Part shown: positions 22,955 through 33,377 of the stretch, piece after piece
How the letters are laid out: each line of letters begins with the position of its first letter
Position numbering within the stretch: position 1 is the first letter of the stretch
Source: a virus
Lineage: Duplodnaviria; Heunggongvirae; Uroviricota; Caudoviricetes
Strand: one strand, 5' to 3'
Length of the DNA stretch: 64,000 bases
Virus record (IMG/VR): IMGVR_UViG_3300042401_002002
Translations under genes and position numbers: made by a program
Notes under the pieces: generated by a model
Database searches by the model: none
What the model was told of the DNA's origin: nothing
What the model saw: only the letters and a program-made list of their open reading frames with translations

Positions 22955-23434
22955 TTAATAAGTAACTGACATTAAAACATTATGACCTTGATTTAGTATT
23001 TCTTTAAATCCAAATTTCTTATAGAAATTAACTAATTCATTTGTGTTTAATCCAGACATACCCATAGGTGAAGCATTTAAATAAAATTGTGTATAACCAT
23101 TCTTTCTCATTAAAATCATACCACGTTTCATTAATTCAGAACCAACACCTGAATTTTTATATTTATCTTCAACATTAAGATATTCAATTTTAACTATTTC
23201 TGATTCTGGAAATAAGTCTTCAAACTCTTCTTCATCAAATACATCATCAAATTCATAATTATAAGAATCATATAAAATTTCCATTGTTAATGAACCAATC
23301 TTTTCATTATTTATATAAGCATTTATATGAGTAGTATTATCATCAACACTTTTTTTATATTTAACAGTATTTAATACATTTTCATTTAATTGTTTTTGTA
23401 TTGTGTTTTTAATAAAAAGTCTTAATTCACTCAT
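22955..23434 (-). CDS. GNAT acetyltransferase with a putative head-targeting N-terminal leader
   Basis: LNVEDKYKNSGVGSELM (motif A) and LVNFYKKFGF. The leader ends in QLNE. Confidence 0.8.
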   Translation of the reverse strand: MSELRLFIKNTIQKQLNENVLNTVKYKKSVDDNTTHINAYINNEKIGSLTMEILYDSYNYEFDDVFDEEEFEDLFPESEIVKIEYLNVEDKYKNSGVGSELMKRGMILMRKNGYTQFYLNASPMGMSGLNTNELVNFYKKFGFKEILNQGHNVLMSVTY

Positions 23435-23627
23435 AGATATATTTTTTAATAAATAGTGTACTTTAAGGATAAAATTTAATAGGTTTCTTATTTCTAGTTT
23501 TACTGTTATTAACTTTACGTTCCAACCAAGTTATATAATTTTGGTTATCACTTTCAAATAAAAACTCAACTGTCCCTTTAGGTGCTTTTATTTCATTTTC
23601 AAATTGTTGTCTTAAGGTCATTTTAAA

Positions 23628-26166
23628 CTATTTTAGTTTTTCAACACGTTTAGTTAAATTTTTAATAACTTTTTCTAAACTTGCTTTATCATTCTTAATG
23701 TTGATAATTAAGTTAGAACTATCGTCTGAACAAACAATTTCCCTTATAGTATTTTGTTCAAAGAACTGTGCCGTTACTGCAAGAAATTCATTTGTAATAT
23801 CTGTTTTGTTGCCAACCCACATTCTTTTTTCTGGATTTTGTTTACCAAGGTACACCTTATCAGTTAAAGGTGAATATCCTATTCCGTTTTTTGCTGCCAT
23901 CTTTTATTATTTATTTGTTTTGACCATAACTACAATATTTACCACAATCACATTCATCTGAATTAAAATACTCACAGTGTTTTGAAAGAGGTAACTTTTC
24001 AACAGGTTTCTCGTTTACAACCTTTAGTTTACGCAAATCTATTTCAAGTTGTTCAATAATATTTGAAATAGCTTTCTCACGTTCTTCAGCACAACTTGGT
24101 TCATCACCATAGTTATAGTATATACCTGTATTACTATAAGGAAATTTATAATTTGGATTATAAATTTTACGAATATTGTTGAGTGCTTCGTTTTTCTTTA
24201 ATTCCCTAGCTTTTAATATTTTTGTGTTGTTCATATTAATCTAATTTACTTGCTTTTTCAAATATGTAATCACAACCACTTATTACATCAGATTCTTCTA
24301 AGTCATCCAATATTTCTTCTATTTCAAATATTTGTCCTTCAAGATAACCTAAAGAATACCCTCCCCAGTAAGTATATTTTAATTCATTGCCTTTATGTTC
24401 ATTTTTATAATTATCACGTCTTTCTTTTAAACGTTCTAATCGTCTTTTTAGTTTATCTGTATTTATCATAACTATTTTAAAATTTCATCTAAATATAATT
24501 CAAACAAAGTCAACATTAGTTGTTTGTTTTTCAACTGACTTCTATGATGATTAACAGATATTTCAAAATCAACCTCTTCACAAATTAACTTCGTTTTATA
24601 ATACGTTATCCCACATGATTGTCCACCAAGTTTTGGGACTTCTGTTTCCCACTTGACTAACCCTTTATAGTATTCTTTAGTTGGTTGTTGGTCCATTAGT
24701 TATTTATTTCAAAGAATTTTCTTGTGCTAGTTTTTGTTCCAAATAAATTATTGATTGAATTAAGTAAAAACCAAACATTATCAGTTAAATCCTTTCCGTC
24801 AATTAATTTGCTGTAAATGTTATTTTCTACAATAAAGCCAGAACAATTGGTTTTACCTATTTCAAGTACTAGTCGTTTATCATCTTTATCAAACTCAATA
24901 GTAATAGTTCCATTAGGATTAGGGAAGAAATCATCTATTAAATCAAAATGATTATTATCTAAACAACCAATAAATTCATTAAATTTATTTATAACTTCTT
25001 CAGATACTTTAATAGCACCATAATTGTCCCAGTTATCTTCTAATAACTTAATTTCATCTAAATATTCTTGCAGTTCAGTTTTAGTCATTGTTATTTAAAC
25101 GTTTAAGAACTTTATTAGCTTTTTTCTTTGATTTGAATGAAGTTCTAGCTAAAGTCATAAAACCAGTATCTTTAAATATTTCAAGAAATTTGTAACCAAA
25201 CTCATTTACATGAACCCATTCAGTTACAGTCTTTTTCCACCAGAACAAACCTGTAGTTCTTTCAACTAACATTTCAATGATAAAATTATCCTTTGAAAGT
25301 TTAGTTATTCTGTATTTATCTTGTGACATAATTAAATAAACTTAAATTCTCTTAACTTTTCATTAAATTTTTTACTATTTTGACCATAAGCAAACGCTAA
25401 ATCTTCTAATAAAGTTATTTTTAACTCATCAGTAAGTTCAACTTCTTTTGCTCTTTCCATAGTGGTTCCTCTTAATTCATTCCACCCTGAATCAGGATTT
25501 CTATCACGGTTTAAACCGAATTCAGTTACTTCTCTAGTATTTATGTCCAAAACAGGTTGACCATATATAGTGTATATTTTCATAACTTTATTATTTAAAC
25601 GTTTGCCAAGAGTTGGAGAATCGAACCCGTTTGTTTACTATATCTAGCTGTTCCATTTATATAAAACAAATACACAACCCCTGGTTTTGTTAGTCTTTTA
25701 TTTTATATAAATGGAACACTAATACATATTCAAAATCATCACCAAAGTCCTCATCATCAATATATTCACATTCTCTGTTAAGTATACCTATATACGGTCC
25801 CCATTTGTGCCATCTCCAACCACCACCTTTACCTTTATTATCCTTATCTTGACCAACTGGTGTTAATGAAATCACATATTTATTTTCAGTATCACTAATT
25901 TCATCTTTGAAATATTCTTTTATCTGCTCAACATTATCAGCAACGCCATACTCAGATTTACTATAATCAGTAAATATTTTTTCGTCATCGTATGTATGTT
26001 TTTCCATTTCAACAAACTCAAATTTGCGAAAGTTGAACCCGTTATCATAATATATACCTGTTTCTAACATACGTTGATGTTGTGGATAATAAGTAAAATT
26101 ATTTTCTTTAGCTACTTGATAACATCTATCAATTTCTTCTTGTATTGGTGTTAATTGTACTAACAT
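23628..26166 (-). CDS. Cluster of small hypothetical genes (25690-26166, 25332-25583, 25081-25329, 24696-25088, 24472-24696, 24236-24469, 23911-24234, 23628-23900)
   Basis: Contiguous minus-strand ORFs after the promoter motif at about 26200-26222. Confidence 0.65.
25605..25684 (-). ncRNA. Degenerate tRNA-like element
   Basis: CCAGGGGTTG/CAACTCTTGG terminal stem with a GGGTTCGATTC T-loop at the 3' side. Intergenic. Confidence 0.3.
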
Positions 26167-26236
26167 ATACTTATTGTTTTAATTGTTTATACTATCTTCA
26201 ACGCAAATCTAAACAAAAGGTTACAATAAACCTAAA

Positions 26237-29107
26237 TTATTTTCTATAAAATATAAAAATTTTATCGTAATCAAACATTTGTATAGCGGTTTCAATATTA
26301 ATTATATTGTAATCACTTGTCGTATAAGTTGATAATGTATTACTTGGGTCAAATATTTTTAATTTCATCTTCTATAAATATTTAATTGACCAATATGTGG
26401 TTGGTCGAGATAATAAAATTTTCCTCTAATTATGTTTATATCTTTTTCATTAAATACTTTAAGATAATCAATATGAAACCTCAAATTATGTAAACCTAAA
26501 TGTTTTAATATGTTTTGTCTTGCAAGTTTCATCTTCTTCTATAAAACGTTAATAAAATATTTCTTTTCCAAAGTTTTATAATGTCAGATAATTCCAATTC
26601 TGAACCATCAGTTACAACCCTATTATACACAAAATAATTTAATTGTTTACCTACTGCAAGTTTCATCTTCTGTAAATTGTTAAAGTGTTTAACCAAAGTC
26701 TTGTGTCGATTTCAAATTCACCCAGTAAATATGAACAACAACTAGTCAAATTAAATCGTGTTTTGTTATATCTTGGTTCTTCTATTTTAAGTTTCATCTT
26801 CTGTAAATTGAAATTACATTTATCCTGTGCTTCATTACTACCTCAATTTTACCTGTCGCTAAACATTTAGCTAATTCACGTTCCGAAAAACCTTCTCCAA
26901 AGTTTTGTAATCTAGTTATCTTAAGTTTCATCTCAAATAAATCACCAATTCGTTTACAAATATATCAATATTTTTTATAACATAACTAATATTAACTGAT
27001 TTTTTTAATACATGCTCATTATTAAACGTTATTGATTTATTAAAATAACCTGGTTTGGAAGCATCTGTTATTGAGAGTTTCATCTTGAATGAATAATTAA
27101 TCTATTTGTATATGTTAATTTTGTGCGAAATCCTTTGCGAGTTATTGTAGAAATAATTGAACTACTTTGTACCTTAATTAAAATAGGATGTATTTTAAGT
27201 TTCATCTTACAAATATATTTATTGTATTATTTAAAGGATAACCAAATGATATCACTAAAGTATTAACTGAACTATATAATTTAGTTGTATTAAATTTAGT
27301 TGGTACTAGAGTATGCATGTTATCAATGTGGTTAAAAACCATGTCTGTTATATTTACTATCTTAAGTTTCATCTTCTACTATAAATTAAAATTATATTTT
27401 TGTCGTATGGATTTGTTTCGTAACCCACATACAGACTGTGAAGTTCCTGAAAACTTATATAATACGCTGAGTTACTTACATCAAATATCTTAAGTTTCAT
27501 AAACGTACATAATATTTAGTTCTTTATTTTCTATGTCAAATTGATGGTAACTATTATCAATTAATACTGTATATATCCAACTAGTACTAAATGGTCCAGG
27601 TGATAAGTAAAGTTTAAGTTTCATCTTACATATAACATTAATTCATTGCGAATGCTTTTAAAATATTTAATTTTTGATACTGTTATTATATTAAAATAAC
27701 TTGAGTTAATGAATTTCACACCTACAAAACAAGTTATTTCTAATCTCATTTTGAAAGAATTATTAATGTGTTTAAATTTATTAATTTAACTTGAAAACCT
27801 TTACGTGTTAATACAGGTATGATTGAACTATATTGAATCTTAGTTAGAACAGGGTGTATTTTAAGTTTCATCTTTTGTATATTTTTATTCTATTAAAATC
27901 ATCGTCAAACATCATTGCGAATTCACCTGTTTCATTATGGTAACCTATTGTCCAAATTACATTAAATTTCTCATAACCATAAATGTCGTGTTTTTCTATT
28001 AATATTTTCATCTTTCACAAATATAAATTAAGTTAGTTATTTTATTATCTATTTTATGATTTGAATTTAGTACTAAATATTTATATAACCAACTATCATT
28101 AAATATATATTTAGAATGTTCTGAATAATCATGTAATTTAAGTTTCATCTTTTGTAAACTGTTATAATGTTACAGTATTCTTCACGTTGAAATAACGACC
28201 AAGTTCTAGCTCCGTTTATTAACATCCAACCTAATGATGTTAAATTAAAATTTTGATGATGTTGATTAAACATTTTGTCAATATTAAGTTTCATCTTTCG
28301 CTATTTTTATAATAAACGACAATATTGTTTTTGGACCTGTAGTCAAATGAACTGAACGGATAAACAAAATATAATAATTTGTTTAATGTAGTATCCCAAA
28401 CAGAATGACCCAATGTTCTTTTGTCTATGTTTAATTTCATCTTACATTTATTACAATATAATTTAAATCTTCATTATTAATATCAAAACTACCTGGTTTA
28501 ATTAAACATTCACAATGCCAAGTGTTTTTAAAGGTAAGGTAAGCATCATGCGAGCAATCGTATATTTTAAGTTTCATCTTTTGTAAATTTCTATATGGTT
28601 ACAAAAACCATTATCTAAATTAAATTTCACTTTTTCAGTTAATAAATTATATATAGTACTATGTTCAAAATTTTTATAAACATGATTAGTAAATTTCAAT
28701 ATTTTAAGTTTCATCTTCTATAAACTGTTATAACATTTAAATCATCTTTATCAATCGTATAATTATGAATACCTAGAAATACATGACATATCCAAGTTTC
28801 ATTAAACATTTTACTGTAATTCACTACTTTAAGTTTCATCTTTTGTAAATTTTAATATGATTTAAATCCCCGGAAATAATACCAAATTTATTTTGAGTAA
28901 GTAATTCAAATTGCCATTCGTTTTGGAACCTATATTTTGAATAGTTTCTTATTGTTAATCTCATCTACTGTAAATAATTACTTCATTAAGAAACTCATAT
29001 TTGTTAGTGATTACCCAGTTAATATTCATCTCAACACTTTTGATGTTATTATTTGTAAATCTAAGGTTTGTGTTGTTATTACCTATATTATCTATTCCAA
29101 GTTTCAT
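26237..29107 (-). repeat. MKL micro-ORF array 4 (21 consecutive units)
   Basis: ATGs at 29107, 28964, 28839, 28714, 28577, 28440, 28294, 28148, 28011, 27871, 27749, 27624, 27500, 27372, 27205, 27083, 26931, 26797, 26666, 26532 and 26368. Example 26797-26663: MKLKIEEPRYNKTRFNLTSCCSYLLGEFEIDTRLWLNTLTIYRR. Confidence 0.92.
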
Positions 29108-29127
29108 AATCATTCATTTTATATTTA

Positions 29128-29135
29128 CAAAACTA
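29128..29135 (-). promoter_or_regulatory. Bacteroidota-type -7 promoter box (TAnnTTTG) heading array 4
   Basis: TAGTTTTG about 20 nt upstream of the first ATG. Equivalent boxes at 22049, 38052, 56877 and 60733 head other array-containing operons. Confidence 0.55.
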
Positions 29136-29182
29136 ACATTTTTTATTTGAATAAACAAAACTATTTACAATAAAATATTATT

Positions 29183-29383
29183 ATGAAAATTTCAAATACA
29201 CAAAAATACATCATCGAATTCGTTTTATTCGTGATAGGTACTGTTTTATTAGGGTTTGCAACTCACTGGACCGGAAATATTATTTCTTATTCGGATACAC
29301 TTACTATTGTTGCTTTGGTAACTATATTTAGTCCATTCGCAATTGAAATAGGTGGTACCGTTCTTGGTGTTTTTAAAAAGTAA
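29183..29383 (+). CDS. Small two-helix membrane protein (holin-like candidate)
   Basis: Two hydrophobic segments and a basic C-terminus. CTATTTA lies upstream. Confidence 0.5.
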   Translation: MKISNTQKYIIEFVLFVIGTVLLGFATHWTGNIISYSDTLTIVALVTIFSPFAIEIGGTVLGVFKK

Positions 29384-29424
29384 AAAATAACCTCTAGTCT
29401 ATCTATTACTAGAGGTTATTTCAT

Positions 29425-32079
29425 TTAAAAGTGATAAGTAAAATACCCACAATCATAAATTGAAAATACATTACATTTAGATAAGAATTCTTCATCAGTC
29501 ATCCCGTCTTTATATTTACGTTTATGTAAATAATGTGTTTTGTAATGTTCTACATTAATATCATTAAACCTTTTATAACCTTTCATATAAAACCTTTTTG
29601 GTTCACTATGATTAACTGAGACACTTATCTTTTTAAATAAATTATTAGTTTCACTAAACCATCTTTTATCCAAAGTAACACATTTTATGTTGTTTTCTTT
29701 AATGAAATTAATAATCAAAGTTTCTAAGTTAACTATTTTATAAACAGGATTAACCAAAACTTCTTTAAGTTTACTACCCTTAACGGTAATAGCACCAAGT
29801 TTCTTATTACCTTGTTTAATGTAAAACAACTTATCGTAGTCCTGTGTTATTTGTAAACTTAATTTGTTAACTAAAACATCTTCTATGTTTGTTGTATTTT
29901 CTATTTTAGCATCACTCACAACAACTTTGTCTTTTAGTTGATACAAACTATCAACACTTAATAAAAACTCCTCAGATGTTTTAAAATCAAGCATCTTGAA
30001 GTAATTAAAATCAGAACCAACATATTTATCTACATTGAATAACTCCAGTATCTTGTTGAAAATTAAATATTCTTTGTTTAAATATTCATCCTCAAAAATA
30101 TGGATTAATCTATAACCATTAGCTTCAACTTCATTGGTCTTATCTAAATGATAATTTACATTTTGACCTTTATAATATTTATCCGAATGCCACAGCAAAC
30201 CATTGTACTCAATGCCGATTTTGTATTTATGTGACAATACATCAACCTCGCCAGAAGGAATAAAATCTCTTGGGTTACTTAATACATCTTTATCAATGAA
30301 ACCTTTAACAAATCGGTTGATTATTCTTTCTGGAATAGAACTGTTTGATGGACGAGTTTCAACTCCGTTAAGTTTTAAGTGTTTAATAACAATATGTCCA
30401 GGTACATTTAATGTTTTACCAATAGTAACAGCATCATATTCAAAATCAACGTATTTAGTAATCATTGATTTTATTTGTTCTTCTGTGAATTGGTAAATAC
30501 GTTTATCATAAACTGTTATGTTGTGTTCTTTTAAAATATCAGTTATAATGCCTTTGTGACATTCATATTTTTTAGCTAGTGTATTACTAGAAACACCACT
30601 ATTATATGAATTAAGTATATCAGTTATTTCTTCATCTGTAAATGTAACTTTAAAATCTCTAATTTCAACACCATTAAATACTAAATTACGTCTTAACGTT
30701 TTCTTATTCAGTGAATATTTATCACACAATTCTCTAACTGATGAACCATTATTATATTCTTCAATTAAATTATTCATTAATTCAGATGAATAATGTAAAA
30801 ACCCGTCATTAACACCTATTTCTTTATTAAAGAATGGTGTGTATTTAATGTGTGTTAAACCACGTTTTTTAAATTCACTCGCTATAGTTTTGTAGGATAA
30901 TTTTAGGTCATCAGCTATTTTGTTAATACCCTCACCATTATCATTTCTTTGTTTAATTGATTCAAATAATTCATCAGTTACGTTAGAGAATCTATTATCA
31001 AGAAAATCTAAAGTATATCGTTTGATTATTTTGGTTAATGTTTCAACAGATGTATTAAAATATTCAGCTATATAATCTTTGCTGAGACCCTGTTGATTAA
31101 ATTCAACCATTTTATCTAAATCTTCTTGTGAAAATATTAAACGTTGACCATGCATGTATCGTTTTAATTCTATGTTATTTTTCTCTAACTGGTTAGTTAA
31201 GAAACTGTAAGTATAACCGAATTTTTCACATAACATTCCTAAGCCATGTTCTTCTTCAATATTTAATCTAACTATTTCATTTAGTTCTTCTTTAGTTAAA
31301 TCAACAACACACCTATTGTGTAGTTTTATACCATGTTTTTCACATTCACGTTTGAAAACTGAATCTTTGAATTTTAAATCAATAGCTATTTGCGTATATG
31401 GAATTTTTTCAACATGATGTTTTTGAATAATAATCTCTTTTTCCTCTTGAGTTAATTTTCTTGTACTATCAAAAGTGTTTGGCGTTAATCCTAATTTTTG
31501 TAAAGCTTTACCTACAACCTTGTGGTCAAAACCCATTTCTTTACCGATACCACTGTTATGTAAACCTTGCGAATGAAGTTCTTTTAACTTAATTATATTT
31601 TCATCATCGTATATAGAAACATCTTTATTTGGTTTTATATTTAAATGTTGATATATTCTATGAACAACATCATGACCCAACTTTAACGTTGTTTTCATGG
31701 TAGATATATTACCACCTTCATTATGAAGTTTTAAGAATTTATCTAAAACACTTTGTTGTAAATATTTTTCACCTTTCTCTGTTAAGTCAACACCTAGTTG
31801 TAATAAATCTAATTTAAGTGACTTATTGTTACCTAACCCGCGTTTTTCACTTATAGTTCTCATTGAGAGACCATTTTTAATGTCGATTTTAACTAATTCT
31901 ATAACATCATCAGTTAAATAACTAGGTCTTCTATAATTAGGTAATTTATAACCTGCTGTAAGAAATTGCAATTTAAAGGTATCAATAGCAATATTAAACT
32001 CTCTACTAATTTCTACTAGCAGTTTACCATTTAATAAATAATCATTTGCTTTACTTAATTGTTCTTTTGTCAACTCCAT
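29425..32079 (-). CDS. Multi-HTH-repeat protein with a C-terminal DUF559/Vsr-like (Hef-type) endonuclease; putative homing endonuclease
   Basis: About 11 repeats of about 50 aa (helix-G-S-x-x-x-I-A pattern), then EVDV...IGIEYNGLLWHS...GYRLIHIFEDEY and a terminal IYDCG. Confidence 0.7.
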   Translation of the reverse strand: MELTKEQLSKANDYLLNGKLLVEISREFNIAIDTFKLQFLTAGYKLPNYRRPSYLTDDVIELVKIDIKNGLSMRTISEKRGLGNNKSLKLDLLQLGVDLTEKGEKYLQQSVLDKFLKLHNEGGNISTMKTTLKLGHDVVHRIYQHLNIKPNKDVSIYDDENIIKLKELHSQGLHNSGIGKEMGFDHKVVGKALQKLGLTPNTFDSTRKLTQEEKEIIIQKHHVEKIPYTQIAIDLKFKDSVFKRECEKHGIKLHNRCVVDLTKEELNEIVRLNIEEEHGLGMLCEKFGYTYSFLTNQLEKNNIELKRYMHGQRLIFSQEDLDKMVEFNQQGLSKDYIAEYFNTSVETLTKIIKRYTLDFLDNRFSNVTDELFESIKQRNDNGEGINKIADDLKLSYKTIASEFKKRGLTHIKYTPFFNKEIGVNDGFLHYSSELMNNLIEEYNNGSSVRELCDKYSLNKKTLRRNLVFNGVEIRDFKVTFTDEEITDILNSYNSGVSSNTLAKKYECHKGIITDILKEHNITVYDKRIYQFTEEQIKSMITKYVDFEYDAVTIGKTLNVPGHIVIKHLKLNGVETRPSNSSIPERIINRFVKGFIDKDVLSNPRDFIPSGEVDVLSHKYKIGIEYNGLLWHSDKYYKGQNVNYHLDKTNEVEANGYRLIHIFEDEYLNKEYLIFNKILELFNVDKYVGSDFNYFKMLDFKTSEEFLLSVDSLYQLKDKVVVSDAKIENTTNIEDVLVNKLSLQITQDYDKLFYIKQGNKKLGAITVKGSKLKEVLVNPVYKIVNLETLIINFIKENNIKCVTLDKRWFSETNNLFKKISVSVNHSEPKRFYMKGYKRFNDINVEHYKTHYLHKRKYKDGMTDEEFLSKCNVFSIYDCGYFTYHF

Positions 32080-32180
32080 TTGTTTATGTGTTTAAATTTA
32101 TGCAAACCTAAACATTTTATTTTTAATATACAAACATTTAATAAAAAAAAAATACTCTCCAAAAATGAAGAGTATTAATT

Positions 32181-32669
32181 TTAGAATAATTGTTCACAAT
32201 AATCAGGTTGGAAACCTACAGTAATACTAATGAATCCATCATCTTTGTAATCCATCTTGTCATTCTCAACTTTATTAATCTGACAATTATAACACCCCCA
32301 TTTTTCAACTATGGAACCAGTTGGGTCACAGACACTTATGGTACAATTAAACTTATATGAAATCGAATATCCCATTCTCGCAGTGTAGGATTCTACACCC
32401 AACCTAAGAGCTTCCATCAATTTTTGTGTTGTGGATGGTCCAATTGGTGAAATAAAAGTAACTTCCATTTTGTTCCATTTGTAACGTCCTGAAATATACT
32501 GACTTGCGTTAAAGTAAGGAATTTCAACGTCATTTACTTCGATGCTAGGCATTGATGTTGTTTGAACTAACCAACTAGGTATGTCAAATCCAGGGTTTAA
32601 GAACTCAAATATAAATCGGTTTTTTAATTTGGGTTCAGAACCTATTAAATTTCGCATTAATGTTGCCAT
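32181..32669 (-). CDS. Tail tube protein (T4 gp19-like)
   Basis: EPKLKNRF, GRYKWNKMEVTF, DPTGSIVEKW and QPDYC; size is typical of gp19-like tube proteins. Confidence 0.8.
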   Translation of the reverse strand: MATLMRNLIGSEPKLKNRFIFEFLNPGFDIPSWLVQTTSMPSIEVNDVEIPYFNASQYISGRYKWNKMEVTFISPIGPSTTQKLMEALRLGVESYTARMGYSISYKFNCTISVCDPTGSIVEKWGCYNCQINKVENDKMDYKDDGFISITVGFQPDYCEQLF

Positions 32670-32799
32670 AAATTAAATTTTGTTTTAATTTAAATAGAGT
32701 AACATTAAGTTTTTTTTATAAAAACAAAAAACCTTGTTTTATTAGAACAAGGTTTTTGAAAAAGAAAACAAAATTAATACAAACATTAAAATATATCAT

Positions 32800-33261
32800 T
32801 CAACTAAAAAAATCAATTGATTTAAAATATAATTCAGACATTAATAAAACATCGTTACTTGTTTTTGGTTTATTGTAATTAAGTAGGTCGCTAAAGTACA
32901 TAACATCAAGAACATAAACTAAGTCATCATAATCTTTATTATTATAAATTTGACCTAAAGCATGGTTGTACATATAATTAAAATAATCGTAACGTTTTTT
33001 CATGTTAAAATTAATAAACTTATAGTTACTTACTGTTTTATTGAAACACCATAAAAAATGATTTTTAACATCTTCTTCATTTTTTGTTAGTTCATCACCA
33101 AGAAATGTTGAGTGAAGGTTAAACATTAGGTTGTTAGTGAATTCTCTAATGATGTCAACAAATTCACGTTGAATTTCACTATTCTTGTAAGCTATTATTA
33201 ACTCATCTTGTGATAGTAGTTTAGCCAATTCTGGTTTTATATGAATAGTTTTTGGTTCCAT
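32800..33261 (-). CDS. Hypothetical protein
   Basis: 153-aa ORF. Confidence 0.7.
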   Translation of the reverse strand: MEPKTIHIKPELAKLLSQDELIIAYKNSEIQREFVDIIREFTNNLMFNLHSTFLGDELTKNEEDVKNHFLWCFNKTVSNYKFINFNMKKRYDYFNYMYNHALGQIYNNKDYDDLVYVLDVMYFSDLLNYNKPKTSNDVLLMSELYFKSIDFFS

Positions 33262-33377
33262 AAAACATTTATTTAAAAATATGTTATTTGTCTTATAACT
33301 CGTATAAGGTAGGTAATTTTTTTATAAAATCCAACCTTTATTGTTAATATTTTAATAAAGGTTGGTTTTTTAATATG

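Noticed and set aside
26237-29107. CRISPR array interpretation of the regularly spaced TAAGTTTCATCTT repeat
   Set aside because: The repeat is only about 13 nt and degenerate in a codon-like way, the intervals are 110-170 nt open reading frames, and there are no cas genes in the window.
26685-29173. Plus-strand track ORFs 26685-26870 and 28937-29173 (also 52895-53080)
   Set aside because: They are antisense shadows of the minus-strand micro-ORF arrays.
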